Shown here: one piece after another, positions 1-8,172 of the stretch | How the letters are laid out: every line of letters starts with the position of its first letter | Numbering within the stretch: the first letter of the stretch is position 1 | DNA from: an uncultured virus (IMG/VR IMGVR_UViG_3300025605_000006) | Lineage: Duplodnaviria > Heunggongvirae > Uroviricota > Caudoviricetes | Virus record (IMG/VR): IMGVR_UViG_3300025605_000006 | Reading direction: 5' to 3' (one strand) | DNA length: 20,000 nt | Notes under the pieces: generated by a model | Told to the model about the DNA's origin: nothing | Seen by the model: only the letters and a program-made list of their open reading frames with translations | Databases searched by the model: none | Translations under genes and position numbers: made by a program

Positions 1-26
1 CACTCAGGCGGAGGTACAGTTACAGC

Positions 27-173
27 ATGCTCACCGAAACCAACCAGAACACCGGCCACCCCCTCACGCTGGATAACGGGGCCACCGTGCTCGGGTATAC
101 CGAGTTCGGCCCCTACATGGGATTTTTCTCTTATGTAGATTTGGAGAACGCATACAAGGAGGAAATGCAATGA
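27..173 (+). CDS. hypothetical 48-aa protein (MLTETNQNTGHPLTLDNG...), probably leaderless first gene of an operon
   Basis: TACAGT -10 at 15-20, ATG 6 nt later; stop overlaps next start (ATGA 170-173). Confidence 0.6.
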   Translation: MLTETNQNTGHPLTLDNGATVLGYTEFGPYMGFFSYVDLENAYKEEMQ

Positions 174-382
174 CGACTCTTGGATACGAGATTCGTGGGA
201 AGGACGGGTTTTATGTCCGTCGCCAGATTTCATCCAATACTTTGCAGTTGGTTGTCGGCCACGATAATGTTGCTGGGGGATTGTGGGTCGAGTGGGCTGA
301 GAATGAGAATGCCCACGAAATTCACAATCACGCCCGACGAATGATTCGCCAGGCACGAAAGGAAGGATTCGCAGATGCTTGA
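170..382 (+). CDS. hypothetical protein, 70 aa
   Basis: SD AAGGAGG upstream, ATGA coupling to previous ORF, overlaps next start. Confidence 0.7.
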   Translation: MTTLGYEIRGKDGFYVRRQISSNTLQLVVGHDNVAGGLWVEWAENENAHEIHNHARRMIRQARKEGFADA

Positions 383-755
383 CCCAAGAATCCACTACAC
401 GCAATTTCCGTGGGACCGATTCAAAGAATGTGTCCGTGCTACGAACGCTGAACTTTGGAACGGTCCATTCAGTCCAGGTTACTGGACCGAGGTAGATCCT
501 CTGGAGAGTTATGAGTGGAGAGGGTTTCAGAAGGCTCTCGATGATATTCGAGAGATGCTGGAGGATTTGCCTTCCACGATTTACGTCGATGAGGACGACG
601 AAATCATTGGAGAACTGGACCCGTATGAGAATCCCAACAACTGGGAGGACGATCCCGAACGAGAGGGAGAGTACCTTTACTACGGTCCGTGGGATTACTC
701 TGCTGTAAACGTAGCAGAAATTCTGCTACCCCGAGAAGTTTACACCCTGATCTAA
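375..755 (+). CDS. acidic, aromatic-rich hypothetical protein, 126 aa
   Basis: SD-like AAGGAAGG upstream, operon packing, D/E/W/Y-rich sequence. Confidence 0.75.
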   Translation: MLDPRIHYTQFPWDRFKECVRATNAELWNGPFSPGYWTEVDPLESYEWRGFQKALDDIREMLEDLPSTIYVDEDDEIIGELDPYENPNNWEDDPEREGEYLYYGPWDYSAVNVAEILLPREVYTLI

Positions 756-765
756 GGAGCAAAGA

Positions 766-1107
766 ATGCAACGAATCAACATCTTCGGAGCCAAGGGAGG
801 GGTTGGTTGCACGACCCTCTCCGTAATTCTTGGATACGAAATCTCCAAGTCTGGCGAGAGCGTGTATCTGAATGGTGGGACATACCATACCGCCAACGTC
901 GAAATGAATCGGGACCTACAAGCCGTGGCAGGAATTCCTGCAATGGTGCAGGATGCGAAGATTTCGGACGGAGCTACTGTTTCGTACAGCCTTGAAATCC
1001 CCGATGATGCATGGCGCATCATTGATAGGGGAACGAACTACGCTGTCATCTTCGACACCCCGAGAGTCCGAGTGCAACGCAACCCGGAACCCTCAGACCT
1101 CAACTAG
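766..1107 (+). CDS. truncated ParA/MinD/CpaE-like P-loop protein with degenerate Walker A
   Basis: SD TAAGGAG; N-terminal INIFGAKGGVGCTTLS matches deviant Walker A KGGVGKT with K->C; only 113 aa. Confidence 0.6.
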   Translation: MQRINIFGAKGGVGCTTLSVILGYEISKSGESVYLNGGTYHTANVEMNRDLQAVAGIPAMVQDAKISDGATVSYSLEIPDDAWRIIDRGTNYAVIFDTPRVRVQRNPEPSDLN

Positions 1108-1312
1108 GGCGGGATGTGCTTGCCCTCATGCCTGACGGGCTCATGGTCTGCGTGGCTGAAACCCAAGACACTCAGGCTGCAATGGTCGCAGCTCAAGCGG
1201 TGGAGGACACACTGGGACGCATCTTGGGGGACCTGAGGTCGTCCGTCCCTCGTCCGTCCGCTTAGGACTGGACGTGGGACAACCCCCCCCAGAGGGGGCC
1301 ATCCCTGTCCTC

Positions 1313-1459
1313 TCAGTCCTCCGGGTCGAAGGGGAGGAGCTGAAGGTCCTCACCGACGACCTTGTTGGTGAAGATGAGGAGCTGTCCTTCGTAGTCCTCC
1401 AGCAGCTCTGCTTCTGGGAGGAGGCCAAGGATTGCGTTGCGGAGTTCGGTGTAGGTCAT
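1313..1459 (-). CDS. acidic 48-aa protein MTYTELRNAILGLLPEAELLEDYEGQLLIFTNKVVGEDLQLLPFDPED
   Basis: minus-strand TTGACA(1494-1489)-17-TATAGT(1471-1466), ATG 6 nt later. Confidence 0.75.
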   Translation of the reverse strand: MTYTELRNAILGLLPEAELLEDYEGQLLIFTNKVVGEDLQLLPFDPED

Positions 1460-1501
1460 GACTTCACTATATCTGAGCAGTTGCTGCTTGTCAAGCAGTT
1501 T

Positions 1502-1600
1502 CTACTCATCCTCGCAGTCGTGACCGTAGGCCCATTCTTCCGCGTCGGTCTCGTCGGTGAGGTCGAAGATTCGGTTGCATTCGGTACATGTTGCGTTCAT
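1502..1600 (-). CDS. 32-aa Zn-finger-like microprotein MNATCTECNRIFDLTDETDAEEWAYGHDCEDE
   Basis: minus TTGACA(1636-1631)-17-TATTGT; leaderless ATG; CxxC...HxC. Confidence 0.7.
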   Translation of the reverse strand: MNATCTECNRIFDLTDETDAEEWAYGHDCEDE

Positions 1601-1607
1601 GGCTTGC

Positions 1608-1690
1608 ACAATACAGGAGGGGGAGCCTTCTGTCAACAGGAAAATCTTTTCCAAAAACCCCTTGACAGGGAACCTAAACCTCCCTATAGT
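1608..1690. promoter_or_regulatory. back-to-back divergent sigma70-type promoters
   Basis: minus TTGACA 1636-1631/TATTGT 1613-1608 and plus TTGACA 1662-1667/TATAGT 1685-1690, A/T-rich spacer between them. Confidence 0.85.
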
Positions 1691-1696
1691 GAAGGC

Positions 1697-2551
1697 ATGA
1701 GCAAGCGAGACGCCTACCAAGCAGTCACCGACCGAGTGCTGGCACTCATTGACGAGGGCGTCGCCCCATGGCGCAAGCCGTGGGCCGACCAGATGCCCCG
1801 ATCCATGAGCACCGGCAAGACCTACCGTGGGATCAACCTGTTCCTCCTGGATTCCGGGTGGTGGGGAACCTACAAGAAGATCGCAGAGATGGGCGGTCAG
1901 GTTCGCAAGGGGGAGAAGGGGAGCGTTGCAGTGTTCTGGCGCTTCATCGACTCCACCGATGCCGACGGCAACGAGAAGAAGATCCCCCTCCTGAGGTACT
2001 ACCGTGTGTTCCGGCACACTCAGGCCGACTGGGCCGACGGGATGCCCGAGAAGTTCAGTCAGTCGAACCTGCCCGGCACCGACAACGAGAGGATCGTGGC
2101 CGCTGAGCAGATCGTCACGACCTATCGCAAGTCGGAGAACGCCCCCCGGTTCGACGCTGAGGGGTGGGATCGTGCCTGCTACATCCCCAGCACCGATGCC
2201 ATTCAGATACCTGCACTGGAACAGTTCGAGGCTTCCGAGCACTACTACTCGACCATGTTCCACGAGATGGGCCACTCCACGGGTGCAGCCTCTCGACTCA
2301 ACCGAGAGGGCGTCACCGATACGGTGATGTTCGGGAGTCACCGCTACGCACGGGAGGAACTGGTAGCCGAGATGACCGCTGCCATGCTCATGGGGCAGTG
2401 CGGGATTGAGGATGCCACCATCGAGTCGTCAGCGGCCTACCTGAAGCATTGGCGAGACCAGATCGAGGCCGACCCCCGGCTCATCGTCAAAGCCGCAGGG
2501 GAGGCACAGAGGGCGGCAGATCACATCCTGGGAGTCACCTGGGATGACTGA
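1697..2551 (+). CDS. ardC: ArdC-like antirestriction/ssDNA-binding protein (DUF1738 N-domain plus zincin-like domain), 284 aa
   Basis: YQAVTDRVLALIDEGVAPWRKPW, TGKTYRGIN, GGQVRKGEKG, YYSTMFHEMGHSTG, YAREELVAE, SAAYLKHW motifs; true start is leaderless ATG 1697, not 1274. Confidence 0.92.
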   Translation: MSKRDAYQAVTDRVLALIDEGVAPWRKPWADQMPRSMSTGKTYRGINLFLLDSGWWGTYKKIAEMGGQVRKGEKGSVAVFWRFIDSTDADGNEKKIPLLRYYRVFRHTQADWADGMPEKFSQSNLPGTDNERIVAAEQIVTTYRKSENAPRFDAEGWDRACYIPSTDAIQIPALEQFEASEHYYSTMFHEMGHSTGAASRLNREGVTDTVMFGSHRYAREELVAEMTAAMLMGQCGIEDATIESSAAYLKHWRDQIEADPRLIVKAAGEAQRAADHILGVTWDD

Positions 2552-2629
2552 GGGAGCGCCCCCCGGAAAGATGAAACTTTTCGGGGGGAACCCCTTGACA
2601 ATCGAACCCAACTGCCCTACCATAACCTC

Positions 2630-3070
2630 ATGGCACTACAGGAACCAGAGGCTATCGGTCGAACCGGCTTTCTGGATGAAAGTCCGTACATCGAGACAAA
2701 GTTCCAGGACTTCGGACGACAGGACTGGGAGTCCTGGTTCACAGAAGGGCAATGCCACGCCCTAGCCATCGCCATCCATGAAGTCACCGGGTGGCGAATC
2801 TGGGCGGTAGGCACTGACGACTCGTTCGACTGTGACCTATGGGCGGGCCACCTGTTCATCCAGACGCCTACAGGCCACGCCCTAGACATCACCGGCATCC
2901 TCTCCATGGATGAGATGACCCAACGCTGGGATGACTACATCCCTATCCCCACCTATTCCTTCCCTACCGACCCGGATGCCATCCTTGACTACTGGCCGGA
3001 ACCCCTCATGGGGGTAGCAGAAGCCATGGTGAACTACACGCTCGCGAACGCTGGGCTAGAAAGGGCTTGA
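2630..3070 (+). CDS. hypothetical protein with putative Cys-His-Asp (transglutaminase/papain-like) triad; paralog A
   Basis: TTGACA 2595-17-TACCAT, leaderless; FTEGQCHALAIAIHEVTGW...GHLF...ALDITG. Confidence 0.75.
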   Translation: MALQEPEAIGRTGFLDESPYIETKFQDFGRQDWESWFTEGQCHALAIAIHEVTGWRIWAVGTDDSFDCDLWAGHLFIQTPTGHALDITGILSMDEMTQRWDDYIPIPTYSFPTDPDAILDYWPEPLMGVAEAMVNYTLANAGLERA

Positions 3071-3071
3071 C

Positions 3072-3509
3072 ATGCCGACCCATATGACGTACCATGAGTT
3101 CATGTCAAACCCCACCCCGGAACTACTGGAAGCCTTCGGATGGTGGGGAGTAGACGACTGGGAAACCTACTTCACAGAGGGCGAATGCCACGCCCTAGCC
3201 ATCGCCATCCACGAGGCAACAGGATGGGATATCTGGGCAGTGGGCACGGGGCCGGACTTCAGTGTAGAGCACTGGGAGGGCCACGTTTTCATCGCTACCC
3301 CCGACCTGCTCGCACTAGACATCACCGGACTTTCCACGTTTGAGGATCAGGAGCTACTGTGGTCGAACCTGGAACACGCCCCCTTCCTTACCTCGGTGGG
3401 GGTACTGGAAGCAGTATGGGATCCCCCAGACCTGGAAACTGCTCGCAGCATGGTCGAATGGACTCTATCCAACGCTGGCCTGGAAGTCCCCGCCCAAGCC
3501 GGTCCGTAA
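3072..3509 (+). CDS. paralog B of preceding gene
   Basis: FTEGECHALAIAIHEATGW...GHVF...ALDITG...TLSNAGLE; starts 1 nt after paralog A. Confidence 0.75.
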   Translation: MPTHMTYHEFMSNPTPELLEAFGWWGVDDWETYFTEGECHALAIAIHEATGWDIWAVGTGPDFSVEHWEGHVFIATPDLLALDITGLSTFEDQELLWSNLEHAPFLTSVGVLEAVWDPPDLETARSMVEWTLSNAGLEVPAQAGP

Positions 3510-3619
3510 GACTCCAAAGGCTGGACGCTCGGACTTGCGGACTCTCGGACTCTCGGACTTGCGAGAAAAACTTCAAGAAACCCCTTGACAATCGCAGCAA
3601 TCCACGGTAAGGTACACAC

Positions 3620-4195
3620 ATGAACATCACGACGAGCCACACCACCACCATCACCTTGGAGCACGAGAAGGTCGGGAAGGTCATCCTGCCCTACGAGCCC
3701 ACCGACCCCGACGACGTTATCATCTCCGACGACGGCAACACGATCACCTACGCTACCTTCGACCCGTGGCAGTTCGACTACGAGTTTCCTGAGGGCGTCG
3801 ACTTCGTGCAGGGGAACCCCGGCTACATCCACTACTGCAACAACGTGCAGGAGTGGATCGACTCCATCCACGAGACCCCCCACATGAACATCTTCCCAGT
3901 GGGCGTCTACGAGCACGGGAACATCGAATACTCCCTGGCGGGGGAGTCGATGTTCTCCTCCGACCAGTTCGACTACTGTGTGGGAGCGGCCATCGCCATC
4001 CCCGGAGGCCCCGAGGGCTTCACCGACCCGGAGGGGGCGGCACGGGCCATCCTGAGGGAGTACACCGACTGGTGCAACGGGGAGACCTACTCGATCGTCA
4101 CCCTCACCCGCAACGGAGACACCTGGGAGAATGACACCGACAGGGGAGTCATCGGATACCGCAACGCCCTGGAGGAGGTGGGAGCGGGGGCCTAG
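3620..4195 (+). CDS. phage-type hypothetical protein, 191 aa
   Basis: TTGACA 3585-17-TAAGGT, leaderless; strong GC3 codon bias; VYEHG and EYTDWCNGETY motifs. Confidence 0.85.
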   Translation: MNITTSHTTTITLEHEKVGKVILPYEPTDPDDVIISDDGNTITYATFDPWQFDYEFPEGVDFVQGNPGYIHYCNNVQEWIDSIHETPHMNIFPVGVYEHGNIEYSLAGESMFSSDQFDYCVGAAIAIPGGPEGFTDPEGAARAILREYTDWCNGETYSIVTLTRNGDTWENDTDRGVIGYRNALEEVGAGA

Positions 4196-4307
4196 CCCCC
4201 TCCCCTTCCCCGAAGGTCCGGACTGACCCTGGATCTACTTACTTAGTCCCGTCGTCCGTCCCGTCCCCAGGACCTCCTGTTGTCCGGTCCTAGGGTCCTG
4301 TCATCCA

Positions 4308-4338
4308 TCGAACGTCCGTTCCTCGAACAGGTGTTCTG
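4308..4338. promoter_or_regulatory. tandem LexA/SOS-box-like sites
   Basis: TCGAAC-GTCC-GTTC and TCGAAC-AGGT-GTTC match Gram-positive GAAC-N4-GTTC. Confidence 0.55.
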
Positions 4339-4371
4339 TCCGGTGGGACGCCCTCTCTCCCGACGTCTCCC

Positions 4372-4413
4372 TCAGTGGGGACTGTGTGTCGGTGGTTCCT
4401 GTGGATAACTCAT
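4372..4413 (-). CDS. possible 13-aa leaderless minigene MSYPQEPPTHSPH, overlapping a DnaA box
   Basis: minus TTGCGC-18-TAAGGT, ATG 7 nt later; TTATCCACA at 4408-4400. Confidence 0.3.
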   Translation of the reverse strand: MSYPQEPPTHSPH

Positions 4414-4501
4414 CGGGTAGACCTTACCATGAGGCTACTTCGTGGCGCAATAGGCAAAATAACCTATTGCGTAGATGCTCTCCAGCTTGTATAGTGAAGC
4501 C

Positions 4502-4792
4502 ATGAACAACGCCTTGAGCAGCAACCATTTCAGCACAGACATCCAGACCGGGGATGCGATGGAGTGGCTGAGGATCACTCACCCGGCCGAGTACCGCGGC
4601 ATCCTTCAGGAGTTCCCCGAGTACGAAACCCGCGTCATGAGCGGGGCGTGGTGGGACACCGACGAGATGGGAGTTGACTTCGAGTGGGGATCCTGGCTTA
4701 CCGATGCCGTCGAGGCCACCGGGCTCGTGTTCTGGGAGGAGGGCGAACCCTTCGCTCTCACCCGAGACGAGGAGGGGTCCCCGACCTTCTAG
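4502..4792 (+). CDS. acidic Trp-rich hypothetical protein, 96 aa
   Basis: TTGCGT 4467-17-TATAGT 4490, ATG 4502 leaderless. Confidence 0.8.
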   Translation: MNNALSSNHFSTDIQTGDAMEWLRITHPAEYRGILQEFPEYETRVMSGAWWDTDEMGVDFEWGSWLTDAVEATGLVFWEEGEPFALTRDEEGSPTF

Positions 4793-4915
4793 TTGACAGG
4801 ACCGGACAAGTGTGCTAGGTGTCCGGTCCCCATAGGACCTCCTTGAGGCTAGGTTGTTTCACCTAATCTCAAGAAACCACTTGACACACCCGCCCGACGG
4901 AGGTAAGGTGAACAC

Positions 4916-5119
4916 GTGAGCACGACACGTCAAGCCGTCAACAACGCGATCCTCCGACTGGAGCACACCCTTGACGCCCTCGGGGTGCAGCTAGTGGAGT
5001 TTCACACAGAGGATGGTAACCAGTGGTCAGAGATCTACCACGCCCTCCGAGACATCACCTACCGGATCGAGAACCTCTCCAGCCGGATGCTCGATATGGA
5101 AGACGAGCAGCAGGAGTGA
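4916..5119 (+). CDS. helical hypothetical protein, 67 aa
   Basis: TTGACA 4881-17-TAAGGT, GTG 6 nt later. Confidence 0.75.
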   Translation: MSTTRQAVNNAILRLEHTLDALGVQLVEFHTEDGNQWSEIYHALRDITYRIENLSSRMLDMEDEQQE

Positions 5120-5189
5120 GGGGGGCCGGGCGTCCAGTCCGAATGGGACAGGATGCTTGACAAGTGAAGATCCCTCGTGTAATGTGGGC

Positions 5190-5392
5190 ATCAATATTAT
5201 ATTGAGCCCTCCCGCAAAAGTGGGGAGGGGACGGCATGGCGTTAGGTGTCATGCGCCTCTGAAGTGGCGAGAACTTCCCCTAGGGGTCTCAGTTTCTGTT
5301 CGCAGAACCTGAGACCCCTTGATCGAGGGTGGCGGTACCCTGGTGCAACTGTCGGGGGGTGGCAAGTTCGAGGCCCCCACCTGGCCGGAGGA
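5190..5392 (+). ncRNA. candidate structured ncRNA 1 (chain of hairpins)
   Basis: TTGACA 5157-17-TAATGT with no start codon at +1; consecutive hairpins including AGGGGTCTCAGTTTCTG-TTCG-CAGAACCTGAGACCCCT. Confidence 0.5.
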
Positions 5393-5442
5393 CTGACAAC
5401 CTGACACCTTCATAGAGTGATGCTGTCCGGAAGGTAGACTGA

Positions 5443-5628
5443 GTGACGGTGGACGCACACTCTTACCGGGTCCGTTTCCAGGACGGGAGAGAGGTGTCCT
5501 TCGGGACGGACTATCTGTCCGCTGTCCGGTTCGTTTGGACTGTGCGGGGCACACTGTCGGAGTTCGACGAGGACGGGTGCCTGGTCGCTTCCTACGACTA
5601 CAGTGTCAGTCCTCTCCCCCTAGGATGA
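5443..5628 (+). CDS. hypothetical protein, 61 aa
   Basis: GTG with GGAAGG upstream; protein-like sequence. Confidence 0.45.
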   Translation: MTVDAHSYRVRFQDGREVSFGTDYLSAVRFVWTVRGTLSEFDEDGCLVASYDYSVSPLPLG

Positions 5629-5758
5629 CGACCACCGGCTCGTCGGGGTCGGTATTGGGGATGGGGATGTTGCCTTCCAGTTCGGTCAGCATGGCGGTCA
5701 TCTCCGGGGTGATGTCGTCGCAGCGGTCGACGTGGTCGAAGTGGTCTGTGTTCTGCAT
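5606..5758 (-). CDS. acidic 50-aa protein (MQNTDHFDHVDRCDD...)
   Basis: minus TTGACA 5794-5789, TTCAAT -10, leaderless ATG 5758. Confidence 0.65.
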   Translation of the reverse strand: MQNTDHFDHVDRCDDITPEMTAMLTELEGNIPIPNTDPDEPVVVILGGED

Positions 5759-5856
5759 GTGTCTATTGAACATCATGGTGGGGGAGCGTGTCAAGTGGGG
5801 TTTTTAGGTGATATAACCCACTTGACAGGAGTTGCTCATCTAGTATCATGGGGCAC

Positions 5857-5994
5857 ATGAAGAAGCGAAGCCCCGCCCGCGAGACGCCCCGATCCACGGG
5901 CAACATGCTGCGTATCAATCAGCGTGCTCACACGTTCAAGGATCGGAAGAAGGACGCGAGCCGCAAGGCTTGCCGAGGAAAGGTGTACGCATGA
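5857..5994 (+). CDS. basic 45-aa protein MKKRSPARETPRSTGNMLRINQRAHTFKDRKKDASRKACRGKVYA
   Basis: TTGACA 5822/TATCAT 5844 then ATG; close paralog at 11546-11671. Confidence 0.8.
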   Translation: MKKRSPARETPRSTGNMLRINQRAHTFKDRKKDASRKACRGKVYA

Positions 5995-6155
5995 CCGCCA
6001 GCAACGAGCGAGGCAAGAAGATGGGCAACTCCCGCAGCCTGGGGCTCTGCTCCTACGGGTGCTGTCGAGGAACCCGCACGGGAAGCAAGGCCCGAACCCG
6101 CAAGATCCTCCGGGCCCGCGAGAAGCGAGCCTGGCAGAAGCAGGCCAACGCCTGA
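5991..6155 (+). CDS. basic Cys-containing 54-aa protein
   Basis: ATGA overlap with previous gene; CSYGCC and RAREKRAW. Confidence 0.7.
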   Translation: MTASNERGKKMGNSRSLGLCSYGCCRGTRTGSKARTRKILRAREKRAWQKQANA

Positions 6156-6241
6156 AGGAATCTCGAAAAACCCCTTGACAAGGGGTGACACCCTCCCCCA
6201 TACTGAACACACACCACAAAGCACTCAGGAGGTGCCACGAA

Positions 6242-6406
6242 ATGACCATCATGTGGGATGACCCCGAACTTGACGACATGGCCGACGAGATCGCCATGCT
6301 GGAAGCGGGCCTCGACATCGACCCCGACGACCTACTTGACATGGAGATGGAAGCCCGACTGCGCGAGCGGCCGCACGGCTTCACCGACGAAGGGGAGGGG
6401 TGGTGA
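6242..6406 (+). CDS. very acidic 54-aa protein (MTIMWDDPELDDMADE...)
   Basis: promoter TTGACA 6175, SD AGGAGG 6227-6232, ATG 6242. Confidence 0.75.
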   Translation: MTIMWDDPELDDMADEIAMLEAGLDIDPDDLLDMEMEARLRERPHGFTDEGEGW

Positions 6407-6456
6407 CACCCCAAACCACCTTGACAACCGACGCCCACCTGTGGCACAATGACCAC

Positions 6457-6477
6457 ATGAACAAGGAGACCAAGTGA
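6457..6477 (+). CDS. leaderless 6-aa uORF MNKETK coupled to next gene
   Basis: TTGACA 6421-18-CACAAT, ATG 6 nt later; stop overlaps GTG start (GTGA); contains AAGGAG. Confidence 0.5.
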   Translation: MNKETK

Positions 6478-6686
6478 GACACGCGAGAATCAGCATCGAC
6501 CTGACGGAAGCCTGGGAGTCCTGGGACGTGCTCATCACTGACCCGGACGCCCCGGAGGACGTCACCTCCGAGTGGATGGAAGCAAACCCCGACGGGTGGG
6601 AGCTGCACGACATCCGAGACAGCGGCAGCAACGGGTGGAGCGACCTCGAAGTGGACGACTACGATCCCCGAGAGGTGGCATCATGA
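6474..6686 (+). CDS. acidic Trp-rich protein, 70 aa
   Basis: SD AAGGAG, GTG start, D/E/W-rich. Confidence 0.7.
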   Translation: MRHARISIDLTEAWESWDVLITDPDAPEDVTSEWMEANPDGWELHDIRDSGSNGWSDLEVDDYDPREVAS

Positions 6687-6913
6687 GGCTGGAAGGATGG
6701 GAAGGTGGGCGACTTGGGGAAACCATCGCCCTAACCGTCCTGGCACTAATCCTCGTCGCACCGATCGTCCTGATTGTGGTCCTGGCACTCGCCACCACAG
6801 GATGCCCCTGGTACCTGTGGGCAGCCCTAGCCGTCCTACTGAACGTCCTTTGGCTCAAAACCTTCTTCAGGTTCGACATTGAGTGGCACGACAAAAACGA
6901 CGAAACCTCTTGA
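6683..6913 (+). CDS. small two-TM membrane protein, 76 aa
   Basis: ATGA overlap with previous stop; two long hydrophobic segments. Confidence 0.7.
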   Translation: MRLEGWEGGRLGETIALTVLALILVAPIVLIVVLALATTGCPWYLWAALAVLLNVLWLKTFFRFDIEWHDKNDETS

Positions 6914-6945
6914 CAGGCACCCTCATGTTGGCGTAACATGACCAC

Positions 6946-7464
6946 ATGAGCAAGGCACCAGCCATAATCGTGGATCGGGACGGGACGCTAGCCTCGGTGG
7001 CACACGTCGCCCCCACCACAAGGGACCGGGACGCATGGAGAGAATACAACGCTGCTCTCCCATTCGACGCCCCAGTCCCCAACGTGGTCAACATGCTCAA
7101 CTGGGCACGCAGGACGCTCCCGGACGTCACGATCATCATGACATCGGGGCGGGCAGCGGGAGACTTCCCCGGAGATATCCGCAGGAAGCGCCACATGGAA
7201 GGGTGGATAGCGAAACACCGACTCCCCATAGACGTCCTTCACATGAGGGAGGGGGGGGACCAGCGTAGAGACTCCATCGTCAAAGCTGAGATGTTCCACT
7301 CCTTCATTGCTGACAAGTTCGACGTCCTCCTAGTCATAGACGACAGACCACAAGTCTGTGACCTGTGGAGAGACCTTGGACTTCCCCTCATCCAAGTGAA
7401 GGATCCGGGGATTCTTCCACCAATCGCAGAAATGTCTCGACAAGCGGCAACGGTAGCCCTATAG
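6946..7464 (+). CDS. HAD-superfamily phosphatase, similar to the 3'-phosphatase domain of T4 polynucleotide kinase (PseT)
   Basis: IIVDRDGTLA (DxDGT), TSGR, MREGGDQRRDSIVK, VIDDRPQV..LWR.LGL; leaderless promoter TTGACA 6910. Confidence 0.85.
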   Translation: MSKAPAIIVDRDGTLASVAHVAPTTRDRDAWREYNAALPFDAPVPNVVNMLNWARRTLPDVTIIMTSGRAAGDFPGDIRRKRHMEGWIAKHRLPIDVLHMREGGDQRRDSIVKAEMFHSFIADKFDVLLVIDDRPQVCDLWRDLGLPLIQVKDPGILPPIAEMSRQAATVAL

Positions 7465-7472
7465 TTACATAC

Positions 7473-7631
7473 ATGGAAACCAACACCGAGACCGAGACCG
7501 AAACCCTGTTCTGCGAGGGGTGCCAGGAGTACGTCGAAGTCACCCTTGGTGAGGACTTCCTCACCTACACCGACCCCGGCAGCGGAGAGGACTTCGGGTT
7601 CTGCCTCGACTGCCTGGAGCCGCCCGAGTGA
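7473..7631 (+). CDS. acidic Zn-ribbon microprotein, 52 aa
   Basis: TCGACA 7437-17-TATAGT, ATG 7473; CEGC...CLDC. Confidence 0.7.
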   Translation: METNTETETETLFCEGCQEYVEVTLGEDFLTYTDPGSGEDFGFCLDCLEPPE

Positions 7632-7815
7632 TCGAGAGCCCCTGCCTGCGGGTGGGGGCCACGGTCGTCCGTCCCACGACTAGGACATCCGTCCGGTCCT
7701 CAGGGACTTTTAGTCCGTCCCACGACTAGTTCGTCCCCCTGAAAATCTTGAAAAACTTCGAGAAACCCCTTGACTTCCCTTCCTCAGTGCCTTATATTGA
7801 ACTTGTAAGCAAGCA

Positions 7816-7877
7816 GCCGGAGAAATGGAAGGGCCAACCTGTAGAGAGGCTCTAGCAGTTCGATTCTGCTCCCGGCA
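7816..7877 (+). ncRNA. tRNA-like small RNA lacking a D-arm
   Basis: promoter TTGACT 7770-17-TATATT; GCCGG/CCGGC acceptor-like stem, canonical T-arm AGCAG-TTCGATT-CTGCT, central stem AGGGCC/GGCTCT; no encoded CCA. Confidence 0.55.
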
Positions 7878-8172
7878 CGTACTGTAACCCCTATAGCACC
7901 GTCACCCTCCTGCCGGGGTGCGTGACTTTGGACGGGCTGGGGCACTTGGCAGGGGCATGTTAGGGACGTCTAACATGTCGGACCAGCCTCCGGACCGTAC
8001 AGGTTCGGAGGCAGTCCGTTTTAGGGGGACTGGAGGACTTTCGGACTGGAGGACACTCGGACTGTCGGACTGTTGTGTCGTCCGGTCCGGTCGGGTGGGG
8101 GGCTGTGGGTTCACCCGAAGAAATCCAAGAAAAGGCTTGACATCCCCTCACTATCCATGGCATCATACTGGC

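Noticed and set aside
1274..1696. 141-aa N-terminal extension of ArdC in the ORF track
   Set aside because: It is the antisense of two small minus-strand genes and contains the ardC promoter; family similarity starts at ATG 1697
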